DNA from: Minisyncoccota bacterium
Lineage (GTDB): Bacteria > Patescibacteriota > Minisyncoccia > Phycocordibacterales > XYD1-FULL-46-19
DNA length: 64,000 nt
Direction of reading: 5' to 3'
Assembly: GCA_041657405.1 (NCBI GenBank)
Contig: JBBABX010000001.1
Coordinates: 106,316-170,315 of the forward strand
The notes beneath the pieces are model-generated. The model did not search any database. It was not told the origin of the DNA and saw nothing but the letters and a program-made list of their open reading frames with translations. The position numbers were made by a program, and so were the translations under genes. Below are positions 27,505 to 36,915 of the stretch, piece after piece (the stretch's first letter is position 1; every line of letters begins with the position of its first letter).

Positions 27505-28875
27505 TTAAGAAGTGTAAAGTAGGGATCTAATTTGTTCAATTTCTTGATTCAAAAGTGAATTATTTTTCATATCATTTTTTATTTTTTCATAAGCATGAAT
27601 AACTGTTGTGTGATCCCTTCCTCCTAATTTTTGACCAATATAAGGGTAAGAAGTATTAAAATCTTCTCTTAAAATATACATTATTATTTGACGCGGTTTA
27701 ACAACCTCCTTTCTCCTTGTTTTTTCATAGAGGATCTTTTCTTCAATATTATAATAATTAGCAACAACACTTAAAACATCTTTAATAGAAAGGGTTTTTT
27801 TAGGTTTAATACTATATTTAATCATTTGTTTTATTTCTTGTAGAGTCAACTCTCTTCCTTTTGAATTAATCTGGCAGGAAATGGATTTTAAAGCGCCTTC
27901 TAACTCACGAATATTATCCTGAATAACAGAAGCTAAGTATTCTAATATTTCTTCAGCAATAGATATTGAATTACTTTTTGTTTTGTTTTTTAAAATTGCT
28001 AAACGAGATTCATAATCAGGTTTAGAAACATCAACAATCATTCCTCCTTCAAACCTAGAACGCAATCTTTCTTCTAGGTTAGGAATATATTTAGGTGATT
28101 TATCAGAAGAAAAAATAATCTGTTTATTATTTTCATAGAGATGATTAAATAAATGAAATAGTTCTTCTTGAAATTTTTCTTTATTAGAAAAAAATTGGAC
28201 ATCATCCATTATTAATAAATCATATTTTCGATATTTTTCTTTAAATTGATTAGCTTTATTACTTTGGATAGAATTAATATAATCAATTCCAAAATTTTCC
28301 GAAGTTACATAATAAACACTTTTTTCAGGAAAACTACTTTTAATATGGTTGCCGACTGCTTGAATTAAGTGAGTTTTTCCTAACCCTGTCCCACCGTAAA
28401 TAAATAAAGGATTATAAACTTGCCCAGGATTTTTTAAAATAGCTTGAGAGGCTGCGTAGGCGACATCATTAAAAGAACCTACTATAAAATCATTAAAAGT
28501 ATATTTAGGGTTTAAATTACTTTCTTTGTTTATATACAAATCTTTAAGACCCAAATCATCAACAGCTGAAATTGTTTTTTCTGTTTTTTTATCTTTAGAT
28601 TGTTTTAATTTATCCTCTAATTTTATTATTTGATATTCTATTGATCTAATATCGGGGTCGATATCCCTTAAGGATTTTAGAATAAATTTATGATATTTAT
28701 TAGATAACCAATCACGAACAAAAGTATTGGGGACATTTAAAAAAACAATACCATCTTCAACTTTGTTTATTTCAGTATGTTTGAACCATGTGCCAAAATT
28801 AGCTTTAGAAATACCCATTTCTATCTCATTAAGAGTGTTACCCCAAAGCTTTTTAGTATCTAATGTTTCATCCAT
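27505..28875 (-). CDS. dnaA: chromosomal replication initiator DnaA
   Basis: Walker A LFIYGGTGLGKTHL, Walker B LLIMDDVQF, sensor; C-terminal DNA-binding domain ...LGGRDHTTVIHAYEKI. Confidence 0.95.
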   Translation of the reverse strand: MDETLDTKKLWGNTLNEIEMGISKANFGTWFKHTEINKVEDGIVFLNVPNTFVRDWLSNKYHKFILKSLRDIDPDIRSIEYQIIKLEDKLKQSKDKKTEKTISAVDDLGLKDLYINKESNLNPKYTFNDFIVGSFNDVAYAASQAILKNPGQVYNPLFIYGGTGLGKTHLIQAVGNHIKSSFPEKSVYYVTSENFGIDYINSIQSNKANQFKEKYRKYDLLIMDDVQFFSNKEKFQEELFHLFNHLYENNKQIIFSSDKSPKYIPNLEERLRSRFEGGMIVDVSKPDYESRLAILKNKTKSNSISIAEEILEYLASVIQDNIRELEGALKSISCQINSKGRELTLQEIKQMIKYSIKPKKTLSIKDVLSVVANYYNIEEKILYEKTRRKEVVKPRQIIMYILREDFNTSYPYIGQKLGGRDHTTVIHAYEKIKNDMKNNSLLNQEIEQIRSLLYTS

Positions 28876-28893
28876 TAACTAGATTATATTCAT

Positions 28894-28902
28894 TGTGGAT
28901 AA
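28894..28902. promoter_or_regulatory. perfect consensus DnaA box (TGTGGATAA = rc TTATCCACA) upstream of dnaA
   Basis: seen directly; a second weaker box (agtggatta) lies about 45 nt away. Confidence 0.6.
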
Positions 28903-29051
28903 GTTAAGCAAACTTTACAACTATGTTTATAAGTAGTGGATTAGTTGTTAATTACTTTTTGTTTTTTTTAAAATTTAAAAACAACTTGTAAAATAAGAGT
29001 TTTTAAGAACCAAGTATTGATTATTTTTTTAAATAATATAGAATTAAAATT

Positions 29052-29186
29052 ATGTCGTTTACATACAAACCCAAAAAAAAGAAAAGAGCTAAAACACATG
29101 GTTTTTTGGCACGAAAAGCAACTACTGCTGGGAAAAAGGTTCTTAAAAGACGAATAGCTAAAAAAAGGTCTAAATTAACTGTTTAG
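29052..29186 (+). CDS. rpmH: 50S ribosomal protein L34
   Basis: MSFTYKPKKKKRAKTHGFLARKATTAGKKVLKRRIAKKRSKLTV; not in ORF track (44 aa); canonical position upstream of rnpA. Confidence 0.85.
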   Translation: MSFTYKPKKKKRAKTHGFLARKATTAGKKVLKRRIAKKRSKLTV

Positions 29187-29190
29187 TTTA

Positions 29191-29547
29191 ATGTTTCCCC
29201 AAAAGAGGAGGATAAATAAAACTCTTTTTCCAGATATTCTTAAAAAGAGTATTTTTTTTAAAGGGGTGGAGATATCTTTAAGGGTTTCTCCTCAAATAAA
29301 TAAAACTTTTCCATCTCTATTTAGTGTCGTTATTTCCTCTAAAGTGTCCCCTAAGGCGGTTGAGCGGAATTTTTTAAAAAGAAGAGTCCGATCTGCTCTA
29401 CAAAGTCAACTAGATAAGATTAAAGCAGGATATTATTTAATTTTTTATATAAATGATAAAAATTTAGCCAATTTGGATTTTTTAAAACTAAAAGAAAAAA
29501 TCTTAATTTTAATTAAAAAAGCAAAACTTCTTAATAAAAATGTTTAA
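29191..29547 (+). CDS. rnpA: ribonuclease P protein component
   Basis: 118-aa basic protein directly after rpmH; ...RNFLKRRVRSAL... RNR-like motif. Confidence 0.8.
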   Translation: MFPQKRRINKTLFPDILKKSIFFKGVEISLRVSPQINKTFPSLFSVVISSKVSPKAVERNFLKRRVRSALQSQLDKIKAGYYLIFYINDKNLANLDFLKLKEKILILIKKAKLLNKNV

Positions 29548-30283
29548 AACCCTTCTTTTTAACCCCCTTTATAACATCCTCATTATTATTATTAACCTTA
29601 TCCCTGGTGGTGATATTGGTTTGGCGATTATTATTTTAACAATTTTGATTAAACTTTTAATTTTACCGATTTACATTAAATCAATTAGAACTCAGGTGAA
29701 AATGAAGGAAATAGAGCCTAAACTTAAAGAAGTAAAACGAAAATATGAAAAAGACTTACCTGAACAATCAAAACAAATAATGGAGCTCTATAAGGAAAAC
29801 AAGGTTAACCCCTTTTCTAGTTTTTTAGTTTTACTTATCCAATTACCAATAATTCTAGCTTTATTCTATGTTTTTCGTGATAGTTTGGTTGTTCATCAAG
29901 ACATAATCTATTCTTTTGTTTCCATTCCAGAGAAAATTAATCCTCAATTTCTTGGTTTAATTGATATCTCAATGAATAAAAATGTGGTTTTGGCAATTTT
30001 AACTGGTTTAACTCAATTTATTCAAGTTCAGTTGACAATGCCTAAGCCAAAAAATAAAAAAATTAGTCCTCAATCAAAAGAACAACCAACTTTTGGGGGT
30101 GATTTTGCTCGTAGTATGGATATCCAAGTGCGCTATGTTATGCCATTTATTATTTCTTTTATTGCTTGGCAATTACCAGCCGCCATCTCTCTTTATTGGA
30201 TAACCAGTAATATCTTTCATTTAGTATCTGGTTTGAAAATAAAAAAAGAACAAAACAACCCCCTTTCTTTTAAGGAGGTTTAA
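29540..30283 (+). CDS. yidC: membrane protein insertase YidC (short monoderm form)
   Basis: 247 aa, 5 TM, follows rnpA; KLLILPIYIKSIRTQVKMKEIEP and conserved C-terminal TMs. Confidence 0.8.
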   Translation: MFKTLLFNPLYNILIIIINLIPGGDIGLAIIILTILIKLLILPIYIKSIRTQVKMKEIEPKLKEVKRKYEKDLPEQSKQIMELYKENKVNPFSSFLVLLIQLPIILALFYVFRDSLVVHQDIIYSFVSIPEKINPQFLGLIDISMNKNVVLAILTGLTQFIQVQLTMPKPKNKKISPQSKEQPTFGGDFARSMDIQVRYVMPFIISFIAWQLPAAISLYWITSNIFHLVSGLKIKKEQNNPLSFKEV

Positions 30284-30296
30284 GTTTTCTGTTACT

Positions 30297-31532
30297 CTAA
30301 TTATTTAAAGAGATAATTCTTATTTTTTTACTATTCCGGTCAATAGCAAAAATCTCATTTTGGTCTTTATTGTATTTTAGATTTATCAAATCACCCAGCA
30401 TCTGATTGTCGGTAATCAAATTAACATTACCATTAGAAGCGTTTATTACCCAAAGATTGTCATCAAACCGAACTTTACCTTGGTACCAATCATCAGGGTA
30501 GTTGGCTTTTGTGATATTCTTAGGCACAGCACAAAAAATCATATCCCCAACCTCATTCCAAACACATTTTTCAGGGAAAGTTGATAAGCTTAAGCGGAAA
30601 GATTTGTCTAGTTTGTAATCGTAAAGATAGGTTGAAATATTATCTAAGGTGTTACGAGAGTAGATTATTTTATTAGCATTCGGCCCAACTAAGGCGAGCA
30701 AACCCTCAATATTTCTTAGAATGGGTTCAAAAGAGCCATTATTGATATTTAAAAAGAAAAGATGGCCTGGAACATCAAAAGATGGTTTGGTTTGAAAAGT
30801 AATATAATTTGGATTGGGCCAACAAATTGACCATTCACTAAGGGGAGAGGAGAAAATTTTCTTTTGGTTGTTTAAATTAAAATCAGCAATATAACCATCT
30901 ATTCCCCCCTGTCTTCCATTTATAACAAAAACCTTGTCTTTTTGAGGGGAAACAGTAAAAGATAAAAGATTATCACTCAAAATATTTGTTTCCAGCTCCT
31001 TTATTTCACCAGTTTTGGTTAATTTGATTAAGCCTGAGGTGTTGTTGAATAAACCACTATTTGAACGGCGTAAAATTAAGCGTAGGCCGTTTTTATCCAA
31101 ACCCCAAACAACTTCCTCAACTCTAGGAAAAGTTGTATTTGTGAGACGATTTAAACCTTCTGATGGGGTATATTCAAAAATATTGCCACTAGGTTTGTCA
31201 AAAATAAAAATTTTAGTAGTGGTTCCTATTTTAAAAGCACTTAAACTCAGTGCGGATAGATTATCAATAGATAAGAATGAGAGATTGTTTTCCGTAGTTT
31301 CCCCTATTAATTTAATAGAATTATCAGAATTCTCACCCTGATTGTCTGGAATATCTGATTCCACATCTTCTTTTTCTAATGAACGGTTGTCAGAGATAGG
31401 AAAAACTGGACCAGGTGATTGTGTTTGAGTTTTTAAAGAGTCTCGGTTTTGAAAGAAAAAGACATAAAAAATAACATCCAAAGTGATAAAGATAATAATT
31501 ATTAAAATAATTAAAAGAGTTTTTTTTGTCAT
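30297..31532 (-). CDS. membrane-anchored extracytoplasmic protein, unknown function (last gene of the T4SS-like operon)
   Basis: N-terminal TM MTKKTLLIILIIIIFITLDVIFYVFFF then a 380-aa soluble domain. Confidence 0.45.
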   Translation of the reverse strand: MTKKTLLIILIIIIFITLDVIFYVFFFQNRDSLKTQTQSPGPVFPISDNRSLEKEDVESDIPDNQGENSDNSIKLIGETTENNLSFLSIDNLSALSLSAFKIGTTTKIFIFDKPSGNIFEYTPSEGLNRLTNTTFPRVEEVVWGLDKNGLRLILRRSNSGLFNNTSGLIKLTKTGEIKELETNILSDNLLSFTVSPQKDKVFVINGRQGGIDGYIADFNLNNQKKIFSSPLSEWSICWPNPNYITFQTKPSFDVPGHLFFLNINNGSFEPILRNIEGLLALVGPNANKIIYSRNTLDNISTYLYDYKLDKSFRLSLSTFPEKCVWNEVGDMIFCAVPKNITKANYPDDWYQGKVRFDDNLWVINASNGNVNLITDNQMLGDLINLKYNKDQNEIFAIDRNSKKIRIISLNN

Positions 31533-31534
31533 TT

Positions 31535-31957
31535 TTAAAGGTTTAGATTAAATTGGACTAAATCTGGATTAATTATATAAAGAATTAAATAAGAAAAGCC
31601 AGCGATTGCTAATCCCCAAAAAGCATCTTTTAGTCTTTTCTTTGCTTTTGATTTGCTTGAGATCACATCAGTCATCATATATTCGAAACCAGCCCAAACA
31701 ATCATAATAACGGCCGCTGAAAAAACTATTACAAAGAATGTTTGGTAAGCTCCCTTAAGATAAGTTGTTAGTTTTATAGGTTCTTTTGCTATTTCTCCGA
31801 TCCCTGTTAAAGCGCTGGGTTCTAGAAGAATATATCCAGTTTTATTTTCTTGCTGTGCGGAAGCTTTAAGAGCCAAAGTTAAGTAACTAAGAAAATATAA
31901 ATAAATCAAACTGTAAAAAAAATTTTTTAATTTAATTTGAATCATTATTAAAGTCAA
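31535..31957 (-). CDS. VirB2/TrbC-like pilin candidate
   Basis: long signal peptide ending ALKASA|QQ; ~105-aa mature part with two hydrophobic helices separated by a basic loop (SSKSKAKKRLKD), the VirB2 topology; sequence family unverified. Confidence 0.4.
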   Translation of the reverse strand: MTLIMIQIKLKNFFYSLIYLYFLSYLTLALKASAQQENKTGYILLEPSALTGIGEIAKEPIKLTTYLKGAYQTFFVIVFSAAVIMIVWAGFEYMMTDVISSKSKAKKRLKDAFWGLAIAGFSYLILYIINPDLVQFNLNL

Positions 31958-32963
31958 TTACCTGCTTATTGAAATTTATTAATAAAGAGCTGATTGCTTT
32001 TTGTGTAGAATTACTATTTGCAACAACTAGATTTATTTTGCTTAAACCCTCCGTCTCTGGTTTATAACGAAAAGTGACTAAAGAATTATCATTTGGTGGG
32101 GTAAATTTTTGATTATTTAATAACCAACTAAATGAAGGTTGTCCAATTTGGTTTAAACCAAAGAAATAAGGTTGAGCTTTGATTGTTATTTCTTGGTTGA
32201 TCAAAGTTAGGTTGTTACTCAAGGCATTATTATAGTCTATTCCCTCGAGCGGCTTTGATTCATAGAAAATAATTTTTGGTGCTTGGGGTTTTATTGATAA
32301 ACTATTTTCGGCTACTAAATTATTAGAAGAATCACTGACTAAAACATTTATTATTTTTTCTGTGAAATCTTTGTTGGCAGAAGTCAAAAAGGTGTTTCGT
32401 CCGATACCAGAAGAATTAGAAACTAAATTTCCATTAATATACCAACGGTAAGAAAGATTTTCTGATAAAGTTTTTTTGCCTGAAGAATTAATGATATTTG
32501 GAATAGCCCAAATTTTGATCAAGCTTTCTGGGGTTGGTAAGGCTTTGCCGCGGTAAAAATTAGGGACTTCCGTGCCGGCTTGCCAAACTAAATTAACTTC
32601 AGCTGGTTCAAAAATTAAAGTTTTTGACATCTGATACTGGTTATTTTTGATGATTATTTTCACTTGATTACTTGTACCAGCTTTTCCAACAAAAAAAGAA
32701 AACTGCTTTTTATTAGTATAAGAATCTTGTAGTTTATTATCTAAATACCAATTAATAAAATTACCCTGAAGATTAAAACCAAAACTTTTTAAAGTTATAA
32801 TAACTCGTTCGCCTGGAGAGGGATTTTCGGGGCGAACTTCGGCAATAAAATTACCCGATGATTCAATTTCTCGGACAGCAAAAACTAAAGTTGGAAAAGA
32901 TATCTGTAGTAAAATGAAAAAGATAAAAATTTTTTTCATACAAGTTTTATTTAATTGCGGCAA
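31932..32963 (-). CDS. secreted protein, unknown function
   Basis: signal peptide MKKIFIFFILLQISFPTLVFA; Asn/Ser-rich. Confidence 0.45.
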   Translation of the reverse strand: MPQLNKTCMKKIFIFFILLQISFPTLVFAVREIESSGNFIAEVRPENPSPGERVIITLKSFGFNLQGNFINWYLDNKLQDSYTNKKQFSFFVGKAGTSNQVKIIIKNNQYQMSKTLIFEPAEVNLVWQAGTEVPNFYRGKALPTPESLIKIWAIPNIINSSGKKTLSENLSYRWYINGNLVSNSSGIGRNTFLTSANKDFTEKIINVLVSDSSNNLVAENSLSIKPQAPKIIFYESKPLEGIDYNNALSNNLTLINQEITIKAQPYFFGLNQIGQPSFSWLLNNQKFTPPNDNSLVTFRYKPETEGLSKINLVVANSNSTQKAISSLLINFNKQVIDFNNDSN

Positions 32964-33372
32964 TTTTATTAAACTTTCCAGTTCCGCTGTTTTTAAAATC
33001 TCCTAAGGCGGTGGCTAAGGCTTGGGCAGCCAAGGGTGAAATGGAACCAGCAACATCTTCAGCATAAGTAATTGCCAATAATATTATAACACTAGAAGTC
33101 CAAGCGGGTAAGCTGTTAATAACGGGAAAAAACTCCAAAAGAAATGACCCTCCCATAGTCAAAGCTTTGTTGGGCTTTGCAAAACTTAGACCTTTTAATT
33201 TAAACCAAAACCAAAAAGTTAAAAAAGACCAAAAATTTATGAAAGGATTTACTAACCAACCAATCGTTCCCACAGAGATAAGATCAATGAGGGCTTGCAG
33301 GCCATCATAAATTAGGGCAACTATTACCATGAAGATCCCGATTATCGGATTTATTCTCAATTTTAACTTCAT
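32947..33372 (-). CDS. small polytopic membrane protein (T4SS-associated)
   Basis: 3-4 TM helices; immediately upstream partner of the VirB4-like ATPase operon segment. Confidence 0.4.
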   Translation of the reverse strand: MKLKLRINPIIGIFMVIVALIYDGLQALIDLISVGTIGWLVNPFINFWSFLTFWFWFKLKGLSFAKPNKALTMGGSFLLEFFPVINSLPAWTSSVIILLAITYAEDVAGSISPLAAQALATALGDFKNSGTGKFNKIAAIK

Positions 33373-33373
33373 T

Positions 33374-35197
33374 TTAAGATAATTTTTGTTGTTGGGTAGC
33401 CGCCAACTCTGCTTTGGCCTTTTTAATTGCTAAAATTTGTGACGGATCGGAAGTGATTATTTGATCTTCGGTATAAGAAGCGATAACCTCAATGGCTACT
33501 CTTTTAAGACCAGCAATAAAAATTCCACGACCAATAGAAGCCTCTAAAAGAAAATACTTTTCTTCCTCGGTTAAATTAAAGGTTTTTTGCACAGCTTCTA
33601 TTGAGGCTGGCGATTGTTTTAATAAGATTTGAATTGAAGAGTTTTGAATAATTGGCGCGCCATATTGTGATTTCATAAAATCTTCCACATCTTGAGTAAT
33701 TGTGGCTACTCCTAGATAATATTTACGTCCTCTTTTTGCTAAAGAATATAAAAAAGAAGCTGTATCTTCTGATTTCATCATCCACCAAGCCTCATCCACA
33801 ACCAAAAGTCTTTTTCGTAAATTGCGACGAATAGAACTCCAAATATGTTGCATTACAATATACATTGCGACTGGCTTGAGCTCATCTTCCATATCTCGGA
33901 TGGAGAAAACCACGAATTTTTTATTGATATCAACATTTGTAGGTCTGTTCAAAAAACCAGCCCAAGTGCCTTGAGTATATTTTAAAAGACGTTGGGCTAG
34001 AGATTCCCCTCCTTCCATTCCTGCCAAAACCAGTTCTAGGTCAGAAAGCAAGGGGGCGGAAACTTTAGTAAAATCTGAATCGGGGGTGATATCTTTAAGG
34101 GCGTAAGTTTCAGAGATGGCATTATCTAGAATAGAATCTTCTTCGGGGCTTAAGCCTCCAAGCATTAAACGAAAAAGACCAACTAAGTTGATAATATTTG
34201 AGCGTAAGATATCAGCTGGGGACTCATCTTCTCTGGGGAAAGGTAGGTCAAAAGGATTAATATGGTGTTCGGAGGTAAGGGAGATGTTAAAATAGCGTCC
34301 CCCAACTGCTTCAGCCAAAAATTCATATTCGCGTTCGGGGTCAAGGACAATGATTTCAGTATCAAACATTAAGCTGCGCAAGATTTCTAATTTAGTAGAA
34401 TAAGATTTTCCAGAACCAGATTTGGCAAAAATGACGGAATTATAGTTTTCCAAAGAAAAACGATCAAATATAACCAAAGATGAGTTGTGTAAATTTCGTC
34501 CAAAAAGAATTCCTTTATTAGAAGTTAAATCAAAAGAAATAAAAGGAAAGAGGCTGGAAAGCGGGGTTGAATTCATTTTATAATTTACATTTAATTGGTC
34601 GGTAGCAAAAGGGATAACACTCTTAAAACCGCTTTCTTGCAAATAGGTGGCAGTTTTAAGATAGATCAATTTTGAATCCAAAATTGATCTAATCTCATTT
34701 TCTATCTTATCCAACTCGTCTTCCTCGTCGCCATAAATAGTTATATAGAGACCAACAGCAAAAATTTTCTCAGTTGCTTGCTGAAGTTGGTCGCGAAGAT
34801 TTTCGATATCGGCTTGCGCGGTGTCAAGTTGGGGGTCGCGAACCATTCCCTTCATTGCTCTTTCTTGGATTTGGCTTTCTACTTCGGCAATTTTCTTTTG
34901 CAAAGCACGCAGAGTGGAGGTAGTATCAAGGGGATGAATAAAAATAGAAACATCAAAGATGGTGTCTAAATTAATAACTGGTGAAAACCATTCTTCCGGT
35001 AAAAAACGAGGATAAGAAATAACATATAAAGTGCGAATAACCTTTCCTCCCAGGCTGATACTTTTAGGGGTGATGCGCAAAGCTGATGGGGCGATAATAT
35101 CTTTTAACTCTAAAACACCCATTTCATAAATATCTTGCGGCATAATAGGCGTGATAATTTCTTTCTTTTTTTCTTTTTTAAAAGGTAGAGATAACAT
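33374..35197 (-). CDS. VirB4/TraC-like type IV secretion ATPase, C-terminal ATPase portion
   Basis: Walker A AKSGSGKSYS followed by VLDPEREY; DEAW Walker B (LLVVDEAWWMM); ORF begins with ATG immediately after the stop of 35198..35839. Confidence 0.75.
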   Translation of the reverse strand: MLSLPFKKEKKKEIITPIMPQDIYEMGVLELKDIIAPSALRITPKSISLGGKVIRTLYVISYPRFLPEEWFSPVINLDTIFDVSIFIHPLDTTSTLRALQKKIAEVESQIQERAMKGMVRDPQLDTAQADIENLRDQLQQATEKIFAVGLYITIYGDEEDELDKIENEIRSILDSKLIYLKTATYLQESGFKSVIPFATDQLNVNYKMNSTPLSSLFPFISFDLTSNKGILFGRNLHNSSLVIFDRFSLENYNSVIFAKSGSGKSYSTKLEILRSLMFDTEIIVLDPEREYEFLAEAVGGRYFNISLTSEHHINPFDLPFPREDESPADILRSNIINLVGLFRLMLGGLSPEEDSILDNAISETYALKDITPDSDFTKVSAPLLSDLELVLAGMEGGESLAQRLLKYTQGTWAGFLNRPTNVDINKKFVVFSIRDMEDELKPVAMYIVMQHIWSSIRRNLRKRLLVVDEAWWMMKSEDTASFLYSLAKRGRKYYLGVATITQDVEDFMKSQYGAPIIQNSSIQILLKQSPASIEAVQKTFNLTEEEKYFLLEASIGRGIFIAGLKRVAIEVIASYTEDQIITSDPSQILAIKKAKAELAATQQQKLS

Positions 35198-35839
35198 TTA
35201 AGTAGTTAAATTAGGAGTTTGATTTTCTCCCGGGTTATACATTTTAAAATAAAGTTCAATCATTTCTTCGGTTCCTAAAATATCTGCGCGCAAACCAACT
35301 CGTGACAGTCCTCCCTTAACAACATTGATTCGTTGATTTAATTGTTCTACGTTTTCATCAAAATCGTTGTTTAAGGTAGTTTTTTGGGGTTTTTTGTTAA
35401 CCATGCTAGTTATTTTTGAAATAATTCCTTCCCCACCCTTTTTAATAATCGGCGGAGTATAAGGTATTACAATAAAAAAACTTTTAGTCATAACATTATT
35501 TCTTTCGGTAAAAACTCTTATAAATTCCATATATTCCTTAATTTGGATTTTCAGCAACTCGTTTGTTTGTTCGATCATCCGTTGCTCAAGAATGGAAATA
35601 TAAGGTTGAATGTCCAAACGTCTTGATTGAATATATATTTGAACGAGAAAATCAAGCGAATTTAGAAAGTTTTGATAACCAAAAAGGATTGCTTTTTTTT
35701 CGTCTTCTGATTTTAGACCAAAATTTAAAGATGAAACCATTAAAACAGAACGCATGGAATTATCTTTAAGAATCAGAACGCCGTTGCGAATCTCTTTAAT
35801 AGGCACAAAATCTTGAGTTGTTTTTCTTCTTTCGGGCAT
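35198..35839 (-). CDS. VirB4 N-terminal (CagE_TrbE_VirB-like) domain encoded as a separate ORF
   Basis: pattern ...DFVPIKEIRNGVLILKDNSMRSVLMVSSLNFGLKSEDEKKAILFGYQNFLNSL... resembles VirB4 N-terminal domains; its TAA stop abuts the ATG of the ATPase ORF. Confidence 0.5.
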   Translation of the reverse strand: MPERRKTTQDFVPIKEIRNGVLILKDNSMRSVLMVSSLNFGLKSEDEKKAILFGYQNFLNSLDFLVQIYIQSRRLDIQPYISILEQRMIEQTNELLKIQIKEYMEFIRVFTERNNVMTKSFFIVIPYTPPIIKKGGEGIISKITSMVNKKPQKTTLNNDFDENVEQLNQRINVVKGGLSRVGLRADILGTEEMIELYFKMYNPGENQTPNLTT

Positions 35840-35844
35840 TTTAT

Positions 35845-36282
35845 TTATTGTTCATCATTATTCAACCTTTTAACATCCAAACTCCAAGCAAGTTCATTCA
35901 GTTTACTTTCCGATAAACGTGGTAATTTTAGGTTTGCAGCTTGGTCAGAGTTAACAATATTCGGAGTGTTTTTGGGGATTTTTGAAGTATTTTTTTCGTC
36001 TTTTTTCCAAATATAAAGTTTGCTGCCCAAGGAATATTTGACAAAAGCTTCTAAAACTACAATAAATGGTTGGCCGTTATATTTTATAAATGCTAGAGCT
36101 AGGGCTAAGGCGGCTACTCCAGCAATAGGAATTATTTTTAGGATAAAAGGTAGGGGTAGCCAGACATAAAGAATAAAACAAATTCCTCCTCCACCAACTA
36201 AGTACAAAAATTGTTTAAAGGTAAGTGGTCCAAAAATTTTATCCTCCATCTCAATAAATTGTGGTATTTGAAATTGTTGCAT
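35845..36282 (-). CDS. VirB3-like small membrane protein candidate
   Basis: two TM helices, ~145 aa, positioned just upstream of VirB4 as in many T4SS loci. Confidence 0.4.
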   Translation of the reverse strand: MQQFQIPQFIEMEDKIFGPLTFKQFLYLVGGGGICFILYVWLPLPFILKIIPIAGVAALALALAFIKYNGQPFIVVLEAFVKYSLGSKLYIWKKDEKNTSKIPKNTPNIVNSDQAANLKLPRLSESKLNELAWSLDVKRLNNDEQ

Positions 36283-36360
36283 AGATTTCCCTTATAATTA
36301 TAACTTAGTTCAACTTTAAATAAAACAACTCGCTTTATTCAGCGAGTTGTTAATAAAAAT

Positions 36361-36897
36361 TTAAGTTATTGGCTCACGATAGGGATCATGCCTCGGAGGC
36401 GTTTCTGTTGTTTTTTCTGGGGTGGTGGCGGTTGATTTGTCAGTCACTTCTACTTTTTCTCGTGGTAATCCATAATTAGAAGTTGTTTTTTGAGAAAAAG
36501 TATCTGCAGTCGAAATCTCCTCTTTTTTTTCTGGTTGACTTGTCTCAAGAGATTCAGGCTTGGCAGATGTGTTTTTAGGTTGGACAGTCGCTTCTTTCAT
36601 TGCAGTTCTTATTTTATTCAAAATTTCCTGATTTAATTCATAAGTAACGAGATTGATCACATCAGTAGAAAGCCCAGTCTCTTTAGTTAGGGTATTATTA
36701 AAATCATTTGGTTTAATAATACCCACAATAAATAAACGAACTACAATGGCCATTTTCCCAATCTGATCAATATTTAAATGGTGTTTTTTTCCAATTTTAA
36801 TTAGAAGGGAGGCGGTTTCTTCGGAATCAAGAATTTCCACTACATTTTCTGGTAAATTACTTTTTGCTTGTTTGATTTGTTCCTTGTTTAAATTCAT
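36361..36897 (-). CDS. hypothetical protein with Thr/Pro/Glu-rich C-terminus
   Basis: ORF within the T4SS-like operon. Confidence 0.4.
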   Translation of the reverse strand: MNLNKEQIKQAKSNLPENVVEILDSEETASLLIKIGKKHHLNIDQIGKMAIVVRLFIVGIIKPNDFNNTLTKETGLSTDVINLVTYELNQEILNKIRTAMKEATVQPKNTSAKPESLETSQPEKKEEISTADTFSQKTTSNYGLPREKVEVTDKSTATTPEKTTETPPRHDPYREPIT

Positions 36898-36915
36898 AGA
36901 TATTAAATCAATTTA

